Source of the DNA: an uncultured delta proteobacterium
GTDB lineage: Bacteria; Myxococcota; Myxococcia; Myxococcales; Myxococcaceae
Direction: 5' to 3'
Assembly: GCA_963796055.1 (NCBI GenBank)
Contig: CAWCKH010000004.1
Coordinates: forward strand, 3,328,001 to 3,392,000
DNA length: 64,000 nt
In this document: one piece after another, positions 19,464 through 29,067 of the stretch
Numbering within the stretch: the stretch's first letter is position 1
Layout: every line of letters begins with the position of its first letter
The notes under the pieces: model-generated
What the model was told of the DNA's origin: nothing
The model's input: only the letters and a program-made list of their open reading frames with translations
The model's database searches: none
Program-made: the position numbers and the translations under genes

Positions 19464-22400
19464 CCGCGCACCTTCACGGTCAGCGGTGAGCCCACCAGAT
19501 CGATCTGCCGGGGATGCGATGGGTCGGTCTCGTTGGCCACGTAGAGCTTGTTCCCCCGGACGATGGGAGCGCTGGGGATACCGCCCTGCCCCAGCTGCGC
19601 GTTGCGGCTGTCCCCCAGGTCGAGCTTGGCGACGGGAGCATCACCGTTGAACGGGTCCTTCAGCGCGAGCACCGGCAGCCCCGAGCGAGCGTCGAAGGCG
19701 TAGAGGAACCCGCGGCCGACCTCGCAGATGTGCCCGGCGGTCGAGACCGGCGCGTACGTGGTCACGAAGATGACGTTGTTCAGGAAGGCGGGATCCGCCA
19801 GCACCTTCTCCCCCGGATCGAAGCGGAGGACGAACAGTGGCGCGGCGCAGCCCGACCCGGTGTCCTGGAGCCCGTACAGGTAGTCGTAGGCGCCGAGCTG
19901 GCCCGGGTTGTCCGAGTCACCGGTGCCCACGTACACGTTCAGCGACCCGGTGGTGTCCAGGGCGAGCATCGGCCGATTGTAGATCTTCGGGCGGGGGATG
20001 CTGCTCAGGGGGAGCGTCAGCGGGACACCGCTCACCACCTGGACGCCGGTGGTGGCGTCGAGGATGGGCGTGGGGACGCTGTTGATGTTCAACGCGCAGG
20101 TGGGATTGGTGCTCGCCGGATCGAAGAATGGATCGGCGGAGGTGTTGCCCGGCTTCCAGGTGGTCATGTCCGAGCTGGTCAAGTCCATCCGCCAGATCTT
20201 CCCCTCGGTGTCCGCGAAGAAGACCTTCCGAGCGACGGCCCCGTCTCCCGGACGGAACAGAGTGGGCCGGGTGGCCACGCCGTTCGGCGCCGGATCGGCC
20301 GGGTCGTCCCAGATGGTGAAGGCGGCGCTCTTGGCCCCGTCGGTGAGGACCTGGCCGGTCTTGGCGTCGAGCACGTAGAACAGATTGCCCCAGGGCTGGA
20401 TGGCGTCCACTCCCGGGACCACGCCCCCGCCGATGAAGACCGACCACGGCTTCCCGGTGCTGATCTCGGTACGGGCGATGACCGGTGCCCCCCAGGTCTC
20501 GCCCAGGCGCGGGACGTACGCCCGCGAGGGGACCATGGTCAGCGGGGAGGAGACCTCCCACTTGGGCTGGGGGTCCGCAGGATCGGTGATGTCCAGGGCG
20601 TACAGACCGCCGCCGCCCTTGCCGAGCGCCCCGACCAGAAGCGTCCGCCACCCGTCCTTGACGGTGCACGGGCTGGCGCTGAACCCGGGGCCACAGACGT
20701 CCGCCACCGCCACGCTGCCGTCCACCCCGTAGTCGTGGGCGTGTCGCATGTTCTTCAGCTTGGGGAGAAGCTGCTGGGGGACGTAGCCCCAGCGCTCCTC
20801 GCCCGCCCCGGGTTGCGCCACCGGGAAGCCGCCGGCGTTGACCGTCACGTTGTCCTTCACCGCGTGGAGCATCCCGTCGTTGGCCCCGATGTAGACGGTC
20901 TTCTCGCGATTGACGATCAGGGGGTCGGCGCGGAACGCCGCGTAGGCCCCGGTCTCGGTGAGGTCGGGCCAGGTGGTGCTCTGGGAAGCGCCCTCCACCA
21001 CCGCCGGCACGGCGTGGAAGATGTCCGAGGCCCGCGAGGTCTTCTCGGTCTTCCCGTCGTCGAAGAGCTCTGGTGAGGTCGGCGCGCCCTTGTTGAGCAG
21101 GAAGGCGATGGTCTCCTTCGCCACCGAGGGCGAGCTGCCGTCGATGAGCGTCTCCAGCGCGGTCTGGTCCGCGGACAGGTTGCTGTTCCACCCCGCGGCG
21201 CTGACGCAGGTGTGCGTGCCGCCGGAGCAGCTGTCGTAGTCGAACCAGATCCGGTTGGCGGGGGGTGGGGCGCTGGGATTCAGCGAGGTGTAGACCTTCC
21301 GGGAGGGCTGGGCGTCGATCACGTCGCCGTATCGCCAGAGATAGTTGTAGTTCCCGTCGCTGGTGAGGGTGTTGGCCAGGTTGGGAAGGTTGGTGGTCTT
21401 GATGTCGATCGAGTCGAGCTTCCCCTGCCATTCCAGGCCCTGCAGGATCCGCATGTACCCGACGAACATCTCGGTGCCCAGCACGTTGACCACCGGCTTG
21501 GAGCGGGTGAAGTAGCCGGAGAGGATCTTCCCGAAGCTGATGTCCAGCGAGGCGAAGAGGCGGGCCTCGTCCGTTCCGTCGAGCGCCACGCCAGTCGTCA
21601 GGTCGAGCTTGCTGGCGTCGGTGGACGACACCGCCGTCCCGCCGGCGCGGGCCATCGCGTTCAGCTGGGAGGACGACAGGCCGAAGCCGATGACGAAGGT
21701 CTTCACGTCCACGTGGACGCCGCCGTTGGAGACCAGGTTCCGCAGATCGGTCACCGCGGCGACCGGGTCGTTGCCCGCGATCACCGGCTGCTCCTCACCA
21801 TCGGTGAGCAGGAGCACGTAGTACTTGCGGCCGCAGCCCGAATACGGATCGGTGTCGATGTAGCTCCGGAGGTACTCCGCGACGTTCTTCAGCGAGCCGG
21901 TCAGTGGCGTGAAGTCGCCGAAGTCCGGCATCTGGACCCCGGTGGGGTTGTTCACCGGGTCGTACCTGGACAGCATCTTGAGCAGCGGTCCGTCGGTGGC
22001 GGGAGTCGCCCCGTTCAGAGCGTTGTTCAGCGCCACGCCCTGCCAGGAGATGGCGGGGGTCACCTGGTCTGGCAGCTGCCCCCAGCCGCTGTTCCGGTTG
22101 GGAGGCATCGTCGCCGCGACGGCGCTGAACGCCGCCGGGGAGAGAGACGAGGTCGCCGCGGTCACCTCGTAGTTCACGTCGGGCACAGGGGGCGCCGCGG
22201 GTTGGGGGCCGTTGGTGACGGGCCCCGCCGGCTCGGTGTACGAGTACTGGAAACTGCAGATGCCGCCGCAGGCCGCGGGAACGAAGAGCGGGGGGCTCGG
22301 TGGGTTGGTGTCCGCCGGGTCGTAGATGTTCGCCATCAGGCTGACCCAGTAAGCGTCCCTGGCGCCGGTGGGGGCGATCCAGTCCCCCGAGTACGCGAGC

Positions 22401-24286
22401 GGGCTCGGCGGGAAGAGGGGATCGGTCAGGCTCGCCACCGGCTCGGCGGAGGGATAGGGCGGCAGATAGTTGGTGGTGAACGGCATCGCGCCCGGCCCGT
22501 ACGGGACGCCGGTGTAGCGGCCCAGCGGGTAGTTCGTGACGCCCACGGTGGTGTCGGTGTCCCAGGTGAGCTTGCACACCACCCCGCCCGAACACTGGGG
22601 GTGCGCAGCGCTGCCGGTCACCAGATTGGGGCAGTCCCCGTTGCTGAAGCTTCCCCCGCTGTAGGTGACCGCGCTCGGATACCCAGCGACGTCGTCGTTG
22701 CCGGTGTACGTCCAGGCGGTGGTGCCGAGGAGGTCGCCGTCGTTGGGAACGTAGGAGTACGTGTACTTGGGCGTGCTGTAGAAATCGGTGTCGAACTTGT
22801 AGTCGCAGTAGTCGGTGCCCTGGGCCGTGTTGTAGGTCCACTGCTGCGTCTGGTAGTCGCAGCGGACCGCGGTCGGGCGCCACTGGTAGATGGGCCGCTG
22901 GAACCGGCAGAAGTGCTGCTTGACCTCGCCAGCCACGGTGAAGTCGTTGATCATCGTCCAGGTGCAGCTCGAGCCGGCAGCGGCGCTACAGCCGGTCGCG
23001 GCGCTCGGCGTTCCGGCGCCCGGGCCACCGGTGGCGAGCGACTGCCATTCGGGTGGGCCGGCGCTGGAGGTGACCACCGTGCTCAGCGCCGGGCAGGTGA
23101 CTCCCAACGCCGTGATCAGCACGTCGACGGTGCTGCTCGTGGTGCCGACCAGCTGCCACGCCCCAGGAGGGGTGTAGATGCCGTCGTAGTAGTTGGTGAC
23201 CCCGCCGGTGAAGATGTTGTACGGCCCGGCGGTCTGGGCGATGGAGCAGCCGCCGAAGACCAGGTTGCACGAGGCGCCGACGCCCGAATACGGGCTCGTC
23301 TGGCCGCAGAGATCGGTGAACGGGACGGTCGTCGGCCCGGAGCGGGAATAGGTGATGCCTCCGGAGATGTACGGGTCGCCCAGGTCGGTGCCGGAGGTGA
23401 ACGGCGGGAACGGGGTCGTGTGCTGGCCGGTGAGCGTCAGGTCGCACGGATCGCCCGCGCAGACGCCGGCGTTGTAGCCGACAATCGGGTTGGTGCAGAC
23501 GCCGGGATTCACCAGGCTGACAATCCCCGCCGGGCTCACCGTGTGGTCAAAGTCGTAGGTGTACGTGCCGCCGTTCAGGGACGTGGCCCCGCCCGGCGAG
23601 ACCTGGCCGGGCGTGAGGGTGATGGTTACCTGGCTGCCGAGACCACTGGTGCCGTTGCCCACGTTCTTGCTGAGGACGTCACCGGTCAGGCCGGTTCCCA
23701 CGACCCACTTCCGGGTGGGATGGCTGGCAGGGATACCCGGTGGGGTGAAGCTGAACGGGGTGGCGGCCAGCCCGGTGGGCCCGCCCGGGCCGGTGGAGTC
23801 CAGGTCGTCGAGCACCGGGCCGAACTTGTAGGTGCCCCACGGCGCGTAGCCGAGCGAGATCTTGTCGTACCGGCACTGCGTCCCGACGGTCGAGGGGCGG
23901 CTGGTGAGCTGGTAGTACTGGCTGTAGCCCGACAGGCCCATCTCGATGCGCGGGCTGTACTTGGGCAAGGTGCGGTAGAGCGCGCGCTTGCCGATGCAGA
24001 ACTTGTTGCGGCACGCGGTGTCCGGCGTGGGGATGTTGGGGTCCCAGTCGTCGGCGATCGCGGTCGGATCGTCGTTCGGGTCCGAGGGCCGGTAGGCCAT
24101 CGACTTGCTGGTGTCGAAGATGATGAAGACCTTCGGGTTGTAGAAGTTCTGGAGGCCCGGCAGGTCGGTGACGCTCGGTCCCGCCGCCTGGGCGCGCGGA
24201 ATGCCGAGCGGCAGCGGGCCGGCTGCCATCACGAACACCAGAACCCACATCACCGAGAACTGGGAGACGAGCTTGAGGTGACGCAT
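19445..24286 (-). CDS. pilY1: PilY1-family adhesin (vWA domain, Cys-rich insert, C-terminal beta-propeller)
   Basis: Signal peptide; IIFDTSKSM, TPLTGSL, LLLTDGEE (vWA); YIGANDGMLHA, EERWGYVP, YGVDGS, YALDITDP, LGETWGAP, YVGTG. Confidence 0.92.
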   Translation of the reverse strand: MRHLKLVSQFSVMWVLVFVMAAGPLPLGIPRAQAAGPSVTDLPGLQNFYNPKVFIIFDTSKSMAYRPSDPNDDPTAIADDWDPNIPTPDTACRNKFCIGKRALYRTLPKYSPRIEMGLSGYSQYYQLTSRPSTVGTQCRYDKISLGYAPWGTYKFGPVLDDLDSTGPGGPTGLAATPFSFTPPGIPASHPTRKWVVGTGLTGDVLSKNVGNGTSGLGSQVTITLTPGQVSPGGATSLNGGTYTYDFDHTVSPAGIVSLVNPGVCTNPIVGYNAGVCAGDPCDLTLTGQHTTPFPPFTSGTDLGDPYISGGITYSRSGPTTVPFTDLCGQTSPYSGVGASCNLVFGGCSIAQTAGPYNIFTGGVTNYYDGIYTPPGAWQLVGTTSSTVDVLITALGVTCPALSTVVTSSAGPPEWQSLATGGPGAGTPSAATGCSAAAGSSCTWTMINDFTVAGEVKQHFCRFQRPIYQWRPTAVRCDYQTQQWTYNTAQGTDYCDYKFDTDFYSTPKYTYSYVPNDGDLLGTTAWTYTGNDDVAGYPSAVTYSGGSFSNGDCPNLVTGSAAHPQCSGGVVCKLTWDTDTTVGVTNYPLGRYTGVPYGPGAMPFTTNYLPPYPSAEPVASLTDPLFPPSPLAYSGDWIAPTGARDAYWVSLMANIYDPADTNPPSPPLFVPAACGGICSFQYSYTEPAGPVTNGPQPAAPPVPDVNYEVTAATSSLSPAAFSAVAATMPPNRNSGWGQLPDQVTPAISWQGVALNNALNGATPATDGPLLKMLSRYDPVNNPTGVQMPDFGDFTPLTGSLKNVAEYLRSYIDTDPYSGCGRKYYVLLLTDGEEQPVIAGNDPVAAVTDLRNLVSNGGVHVDVKTFVIGFGLSSSQLNAMARAGGTAVSSTDASKLDLTTGVALDGTDEARLFASLDISFGKILSGYFTRSKPVVNVLGTEMFVGYMRILQGLEWQGKLDSIDIKTTNLPNLANTLTSDGNYNYLWRYGDVIDAQPSRKVYTSLNPSAPPPANRIWFDYDSCSGGTHTCVSAAGWNSNLSADQTALETLIDGSSPSVAKETIAFLLNKGAPTSPELFDDGKTEKTSRASDIFHAVPAVVEGASQSTTWPDLTETGAYAAFRADPLIVNREKTVYIGANDGMLHAVKDNVTVNAGGFPVAQPGAGEERWGYVPQQLLPKLKNMRHAHDYGVDGSVAVADVCGPGFSASPCTVKDGWRTLLVGALGKGGGGLYALDITDPADPQPKWEVSSPLTMVPSRAYVPRLGETWGAPVIARTEISTGKPWSVFIGGGVVPGVDAIQPWGNLFYVLDAKTGQVLTDGAKSAAFTIWDDPADPAPNGVATRPTLFRPGDGAVARKVFFADTEGKIWRMDLTSSDMTTWKPGNTSADPFFDPASTNPTCALNINSVPTPILDATTGVQVVSGVPLTLPLSSIPRPKIYNRPMLALDTTGSLNVYVGTGDSDNPGQLGAYDYLYGLQDTGSGCAAPLFVLRFDPGEKVLADPAFLNNVIFVTTYAPVSTAGHICEVGRGFLYAFDARSGLPVLALKDPFNGDAPVAKLDLGDSRNAQLGQGGIPSAPIVRGNKLYVANETDPSHPRQIDLVGSPLTVKVRGWQRVK

Positions 24287-24302
24287 CGCGAGGGGGAGCG
24301 AC

Positions 24303-24318
24303 AGCAAGGCACACGCCA
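24303..24318 (-). promoter_or_regulatory. Sigma54 -24/-12 promoter of the pilY1 operon
   Basis: Minus strand TGGCGTGTGCCTTGCT (GG-N10-GC), just upstream of the pilY1 ATG. Confidence 0.7.
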
Positions 24319-24387
24319 CTCCGGAGCGGAGTTTTGCGGTGTGCTCCCGGGTGGTTGCTGCGACCCGGTCCCTCATCCGGAGGTCAA

Positions 24388-24414
24388 CGCAAACTTTGCC
24401 TCGCAAAGTTTGCG
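24388..24414. repeat. Perfect 12-bp inverted repeat (candidate activator site or hairpin)
   Basis: CGCAAACTTTGC-ctc-GCAAAGTTTGCG, AT-rich relative to its context. Confidence 0.8.
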
Positions 24415-24437
24415 AAGGCCGAGGGTGTGCGCGCTGC

Positions 24438-26645
24438 CTACACCGACGAGCGGCGGCGGCGTCGGTCTCTCGCGCGCTCGCGCCGGCTCTGGCGAAGCCC
24501 GAGCTCTCCCGGGGTGGGCGTGCCCTCTCGCGGGGGCTCGATGGCCCTGGGTGCCCCGGCCGAGGCCAGCGCGGGCAGCCGGACCACGAAGGTGGACCCC
24601 TCGCCGACCCTGCTCAGCACCGAGATGCTGCCCCCGTGACTCTTCACGATGCGCTGGCAGATGGCCAGCCCCAGCCCGGTGCCCTTCTGCTTGGTGGTGA
24701 AGAAGGGGACGAAGATGTTGGGCTGCTGCTCCGGTGGGATGCCCGGCCCGTCGTCGGCGACGTCGATCTCCACGAAGTCGCCCGCGGCGCGCAGATCCGC
24801 GAACCGCTCGGGCCCCCGGGTGCGGACCCGGATGGTGCCAGGGGCGGTCCCCAGGGCCTGCATGGCGTTCTGCACCAGGTTGATGAGCACCTGTTTGAGC
24901 TGCTCCGGGTCGCCCTCCACCGCGGGGAGCGACTCGCCGAGCTCCACCACCAGCGCCAGCCGACCGGGGATCTCGTTCTGGATCAGCCGGATGGTGCGGG
25001 CCACCACCTCGTTGATGTCCACCGTGCCGAAGCTCTGCTTCAGCGGCCGGGCGTAGTCGAGGAACTGGGTCACCACGCCGTTCAGCCGGTTGACCTCCTC
25101 GACGATGACGTCCAGGAACTCCCCCTCCTCGCCGGCCCGGGGCCGCGGCTCGAGGCACTGGGCGGCGCCCTTGATCGCCCCCAGCGGGTTCCTGATCTCG
25201 TGTGCCAGGCCGGCGGCCATCTCGCCCAGGGCTGCCAGCCGGTCGCGCTCCCGCATCCGCTCGTACAGCTTGCTGTTCTCGACGATGGTCGCCAGCCGCT
25301 CGGCCACCTCCAGCACCATGGCGATCTCGTCCGAGGCGAAGGCCTCCGGCACCCGCTCGTCCCAGAGGTTGAGGAAGCCCACCACCCGGTCACCGCCCAC
25401 CAGGGGCACGGTGAAGGCGGACTTGACCGAGAGGAGCGCGTTGCGGGTGTCGAGCGTGCGCTTCAGCTCCTCCCGGCTCCGCCGTCCCTCCGCCGTCCGG
25501 GTGCGCATCTCGATGATCCGGCGCTCGAGATTCTCCAGGAGAACCGCCTTCTGCCCGCTGGCCGCCGCCGAGAGGAGGCCCCGGGCCGCCGCGGCGTCGA
25601 GGAACGCCGCCGGTTCGGGGCCGCGGAAGTTCGCCCGCTGGAACCCGGGGCGGTCCTCGGACAGGAGGTACACCGAGGCGTGCGTCACCCGCCGCGTCTC
25701 CTCCAGCGCGTCGAGGATGACCTCGGTGGCCTCCCCCGGGTCGATGACGTTGGCCAGCCGGGTCCGGAGCGCGGCCAGCGACCGGAGCAGCTCGCTCCGC
25801 TCGCGGAAGAAGATGTGCACCACCTGCGCCTCGACCTTCGCCCGGAGGGGCTCGAGGAGGATGCCGATCACGAAGGCGGAGAGGACGGTGTTGAACAGGT
25901 AGAGCGAGGTGTTCCCCTTCACCCAGGCGGTGAGCACCAGGAACACCGCGGCCAGCATCACCGCCAGCACGGTCTGGCTCGCCACCTTCCCCAGCAGCTC
26001 GTGCAGGTCCATCAGCCGCAGCCGGAGCAAGGTCTGGGCGAGGAAGAAGAGGTAGAGCGTGGTCACCACCGGCCCCAAGGTGGGGAAGGGGAGCCCCAGG
26101 GTGACCAGGCCGTCCAGGGCGGTGAAGAGCAGCGCCGCCGCCGCGCCGATGGCCAGGTAGGTGAGCCGGGCGCGCTCGGTCTTCGAGTCGCTCCGCCCGA
26201 CCCGCCGGACCAGCAAGGACAACGAGAGCAGCATCGTCCCGAAGCCCCAGACCGCCACCACCGAGCGTCCCCAGGCCGACGTGGCCAGGGGCGTCACCGC
26301 CACCGCCAGCCCGAGGATGACCGAGAAGATGGCCACCCGGCGGCTGGTCCTGCGCCCCTGGCTCTGCCCTCCGAGGAACTCGAGGAAGAAGGCCAGCGCG
26401 GCGGACGGCACCACCGCCGCGGCGAAGAGCCGGAGCCCCACCACGATGCGCACCGGCCAGCCGGTGAGCCCCCCGGACAGGAAGACGCTGCGGAGGAAGT
26501 CCGCCAGGTAGAAGGCGCCGGCGGCGAAGGCGAACATCGAGTAGGCGGTCAGGACCCGGGCGCGGCTGGTGCGCAGCACCATGGACAGGCCGAGGGCCGT
26601 GGCCACGATGCAAGCGAGCAGCGAGGTCTGGGTGCGAATGTCCAT
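24438..26645 (-). CDS. Membrane sensor histidine kinase (multi-TM, GAF-like, HisKA, HATPase)
   Basis: LAHEIRNPL, NLVQNA, DDGPGI, FFTTK, GTGLGL. Confidence 0.92.
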   Translation of the reverse strand: MDIRTQTSLLACIVATALGLSMVLRTSRARVLTAYSMFAFAAGAFYLADFLRSVFLSGGLTGWPVRIVVGLRLFAAAVVPSAALAFFLEFLGGQSQGRRTSRRVAIFSVILGLAVAVTPLATSAWGRSVVAVWGFGTMLLSLSLLVRRVGRSDSKTERARLTYLAIGAAAALLFTALDGLVTLGLPFPTLGPVVTTLYLFFLAQTLLRLRLMDLHELLGKVASQTVLAVMLAAVFLVLTAWVKGNTSLYLFNTVLSAFVIGILLEPLRAKVEAQVVHIFFRERSELLRSLAALRTRLANVIDPGEATEVILDALEETRRVTHASVYLLSEDRPGFQRANFRGPEPAAFLDAAAARGLLSAAASGQKAVLLENLERRIIEMRTRTAEGRRSREELKRTLDTRNALLSVKSAFTVPLVGGDRVVGFLNLWDERVPEAFASDEIAMVLEVAERLATIVENSKLYERMRERDRLAALGEMAAGLAHEIRNPLGAIKGAAQCLEPRPRAGEEGEFLDVIVEEVNRLNGVVTQFLDYARPLKQSFGTVDINEVVARTIRLIQNEIPGRLALVVELGESLPAVEGDPEQLKQVLINLVQNAMQALGTAPGTIRVRTRGPERFADLRAAGDFVEIDVADDGPGIPPEQQPNIFVPFFTTKQKGTGLGLAICQRIVKSHGGSISVLSRVGEGSTFVVRLPALASAGAPRAIEPPREGTPTPGELGLRQSRRERARDRRRRRSSV

Positions 26646-26688
26646 GGGAGGACCTGGACCCAAGTCTAATCCCCAATGGTTGCGCACG

Positions 26689-29067
26689 GTGGGCGGACCC
26701 TTCACACTCCGGGGGCTCGCCTGGCCCGCCGTGCTCCTCTCCCTCGTCGCCCTCCTCGTCGTCGCCTCCCCCGACACCTCTCCGGCCGCCCCCACCGACC
26801 CCGCTCCCGACGTGGAGCAGGGGCTGGTTCCCGACGACGTGGTCGAGGTCTGGAACCCGGCGTTCCCTTCCGGCCCGGCCCCGGCGGCCGCCCCGGCCCC
26901 CGCTGGCCGCCGCGTCGAGCTCCGGATGCTCGACCCGGTGTTCACCGGTGAGCTGGCAGCTCCCCGCGCCGAGTTCGAGGCCGGCCGGTACGAGCGCACG
27001 GTGCAGCTGCTGGCGAAGGCCAAGGACACTCCTGCCGTCCGGTACCTCCGGGCCCTGGCCCAGCTCAGGGTGGGGCCGGCGGCCGCGGCCGCGGCGGAGA
27101 TGGAGGCGCTCGCCCGCGAGCTGCCCACCATCGCCGACCGGTGCCGCCTCCAGTCGGCGCTCGCCCGCGAGGAGCTGGGCGAGCTCGATGCCGCCAGACG
27201 CCTCTTCGCCGTCGTCCCCTCCACCTCGCGCGTCTACCCCGATGCCCGCTTCGGCCTCGCCCGCATCCTCCGCCGCCAGGGGGAGCTCGCCCTCGCCGCC
27301 GAGGCGCTCGAGCCGCTGGCCCGCGGTGCCTCTCCGCTCTGGGGACGGGACGTGGCCGCCGAGGCGCTGGTGACGCAGGCCGACCTCGCCCGGGCCCGGC
27401 GCGACGTCGAGGCCGAGCGCCAGGCGCTGCTCGCCCTGTGGAGCGGCCACCCCCGCTCGCCGCTGGCCGCCCAGGCGGAGCGCCGGCTGGGAAAGGCGGC
27501 GCTCTCCGTGCCCGCGGTGGTGGCCCGGGCCGAGGCCCTGGTCGAGCTGCACCGGAACCGACAGGGGCTCGAGGTGCTGCGGCCGGTGCTGCCGCGACTG
27601 AGAGTCCCCGATCCGCTCGCCTGCCGCGCGCGCCTGGTGGAGGGGCGGGCGCTGCGCAAGGAGCGGCGCCACTCCGAGGCGCAGGAGGTGCTCGCGCCGG
27701 TGGCGCGTGCCTGTGCCGATCCGGACCTGCGCGTCCGGGCGCTGTACCTGCTCGGCACCTCGCAGTCCGTCGTCGCCCCCGCCTCGGCGGTGAAGACCTT
27801 CGACGCGCTGGCGAGGGAGTTCCCGGAGAACGCCTTGGCCGACGACGCGCTCTACGTCGCCGCGGATTTGCTGGCCCAGGATGGCGATACCGAGGCCGCG
27901 CTTTCCCGGCTGGAGCGCATCGCCCAGCGCTACCCGGAGGGAGACCAGCTCGGCGAGTCGCTGTTCAAGGTGTTCTGGCTGCGCCAGGGGTCCGGCGACG
28001 AGGCCGGCGCCCTCGCCGCGCTGCAGGCGCTGGAGACGGCGCGCGCGGCAGCCGAGGAGAGCTACGACGTCGAGCGGGCACGGTACTGGCGGGCGCGGGT
28101 GCTGGACCGGGCCAGGCGCGGCGAGGAGGCGCTGGGACTCTGGGAGTCGCTCGCCCTCGAGCACCCGGGCACCTACTACGGGCTGCTGGCCCGCGAGCGG
28201 CTGGCGGAGCGCGACCCGGTGAGAGCGGCACGGGTGGGCACGCAGCTGGCGGAGCTGCCAGCGGCGGTGACGCCGACCGACTTCGAGGCCGGCACCCTGC
28301 TCGACGATCCGCACTTCCTCGCCGGCGCGGAGCTGTTGAGACTGGGATTCAACGACGCCGCCTCGTCCGAGCTGCTCGCCGCCCGCCGCACCGGACAGCC
28401 GCCCGAGGCCCAGCGCCTGGTGGTGGAGGCGCTCGCCCGCACTGGCGACGTCCGGTCGGCCCACGGGGTGGCGCGGCTGGCGCTCCGGCGCGACCTCTCC
28501 GGGCCCGTCGCACCCGGCGCGCGAGACCTGTGGTCCATCGCCTACCCGGACGCCTTCCGCGACCTGGTGGTCCGGTACACCCGGGGCTCGCCGGTGGAGC
28601 CCGAGCTGCTCCAGGCCCTGATGCGCGAGGAGAGCGCGCTGGACCCCCGCGCGCTCTCCTGGGCCGGGGCAGTGGGGCTCACCCAGCTGATGCTTCCCAC
28701 CGCGCGCGAAGTGGCCAGGGCACTGCGCATCCGGGCGCCGAACGCCGAGCAGCTGCAGAACCCCTCCACCAACATCCAGCTCGGGGCGGCGCACCTCGCC
28801 CGCCTGCTGCAGCACTTCGACGGCAACGTGGCCCTGGCCCTGGCGAGCTACAACGCCGGGGAGGGCGCGGTGAACCGCTGGCGCGCGGCGCGCCCCGACT
28901 CCGAGCTGGACCGCTGGGTGGAGGAGATCCCGCTCTCCGAGACCCGGGGCTACGTCAAGCGGGTGCTCCGGAGCTGGAACACCTACCGCCTGCTCGGCGG
29001 ACGCCCCCTGCCCGGGGTGGTCAAGACCACGGCTCCGGCCGCGCCGCGTGCGGAGCGCGACCGATGA
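26689..29067 (+). CDS. TPR-containing soluble lytic transglycosylase (Slt70-like)
   Basis: LMREESA, GAVGLTQLM, ASYNAG, ETRGYVKRV; start approximate. Confidence 0.9.
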   Translation: MGGPFTLRGLAWPAVLLSLVALLVVASPDTSPAAPTDPAPDVEQGLVPDDVVEVWNPAFPSGPAPAAAPAPAGRRVELRMLDPVFTGELAAPRAEFEAGRYERTVQLLAKAKDTPAVRYLRALAQLRVGPAAAAAAEMEALARELPTIADRCRLQSALAREELGELDAARRLFAVVPSTSRVYPDARFGLARILRRQGELALAAEALEPLARGASPLWGRDVAAEALVTQADLARARRDVEAERQALLALWSGHPRSPLAAQAERRLGKAALSVPAVVARAEALVELHRNRQGLEVLRPVLPRLRVPDPLACRARLVEGRALRKERRHSEAQEVLAPVARACADPDLRVRALYLLGTSQSVVAPASAVKTFDALAREFPENALADDALYVAADLLAQDGDTEAALSRLERIAQRYPEGDQLGESLFKVFWLRQGSGDEAGALAALQALETARAAAEESYDVERARYWRARVLDRARRGEEALGLWESLALEHPGTYYGLLARERLAERDPVRAARVGTQLAELPAAVTPTDFEAGTLLDDPHFLAGAELLRLGFNDAASSELLAARRTGQPPEAQRLVVEALARTGDVRSAHGVARLALRRDLSGPVAPGARDLWSIAYPDAFRDLVVRYTRGSPVEPELLQALMREESALDPRALSWAGAVGLTQLMLPTAREVARALRIRAPNAEQLQNPSTNIQLGAAHLARLLQHFDGNVALALASYNAGEGAVNRWRAARPDSELDRWVEEIPLSETRGYVKRVLRSWNTYRLLGGRPLPGVVKTTAPAAPRAERDR

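Noticed and set aside
21212..28815. Long alternative ORFs (1162, 776, 1141 aa and others)
   Set aside because: Antisense or off-frame shadows of real genes, typical of high-GC DNA, with no motifs
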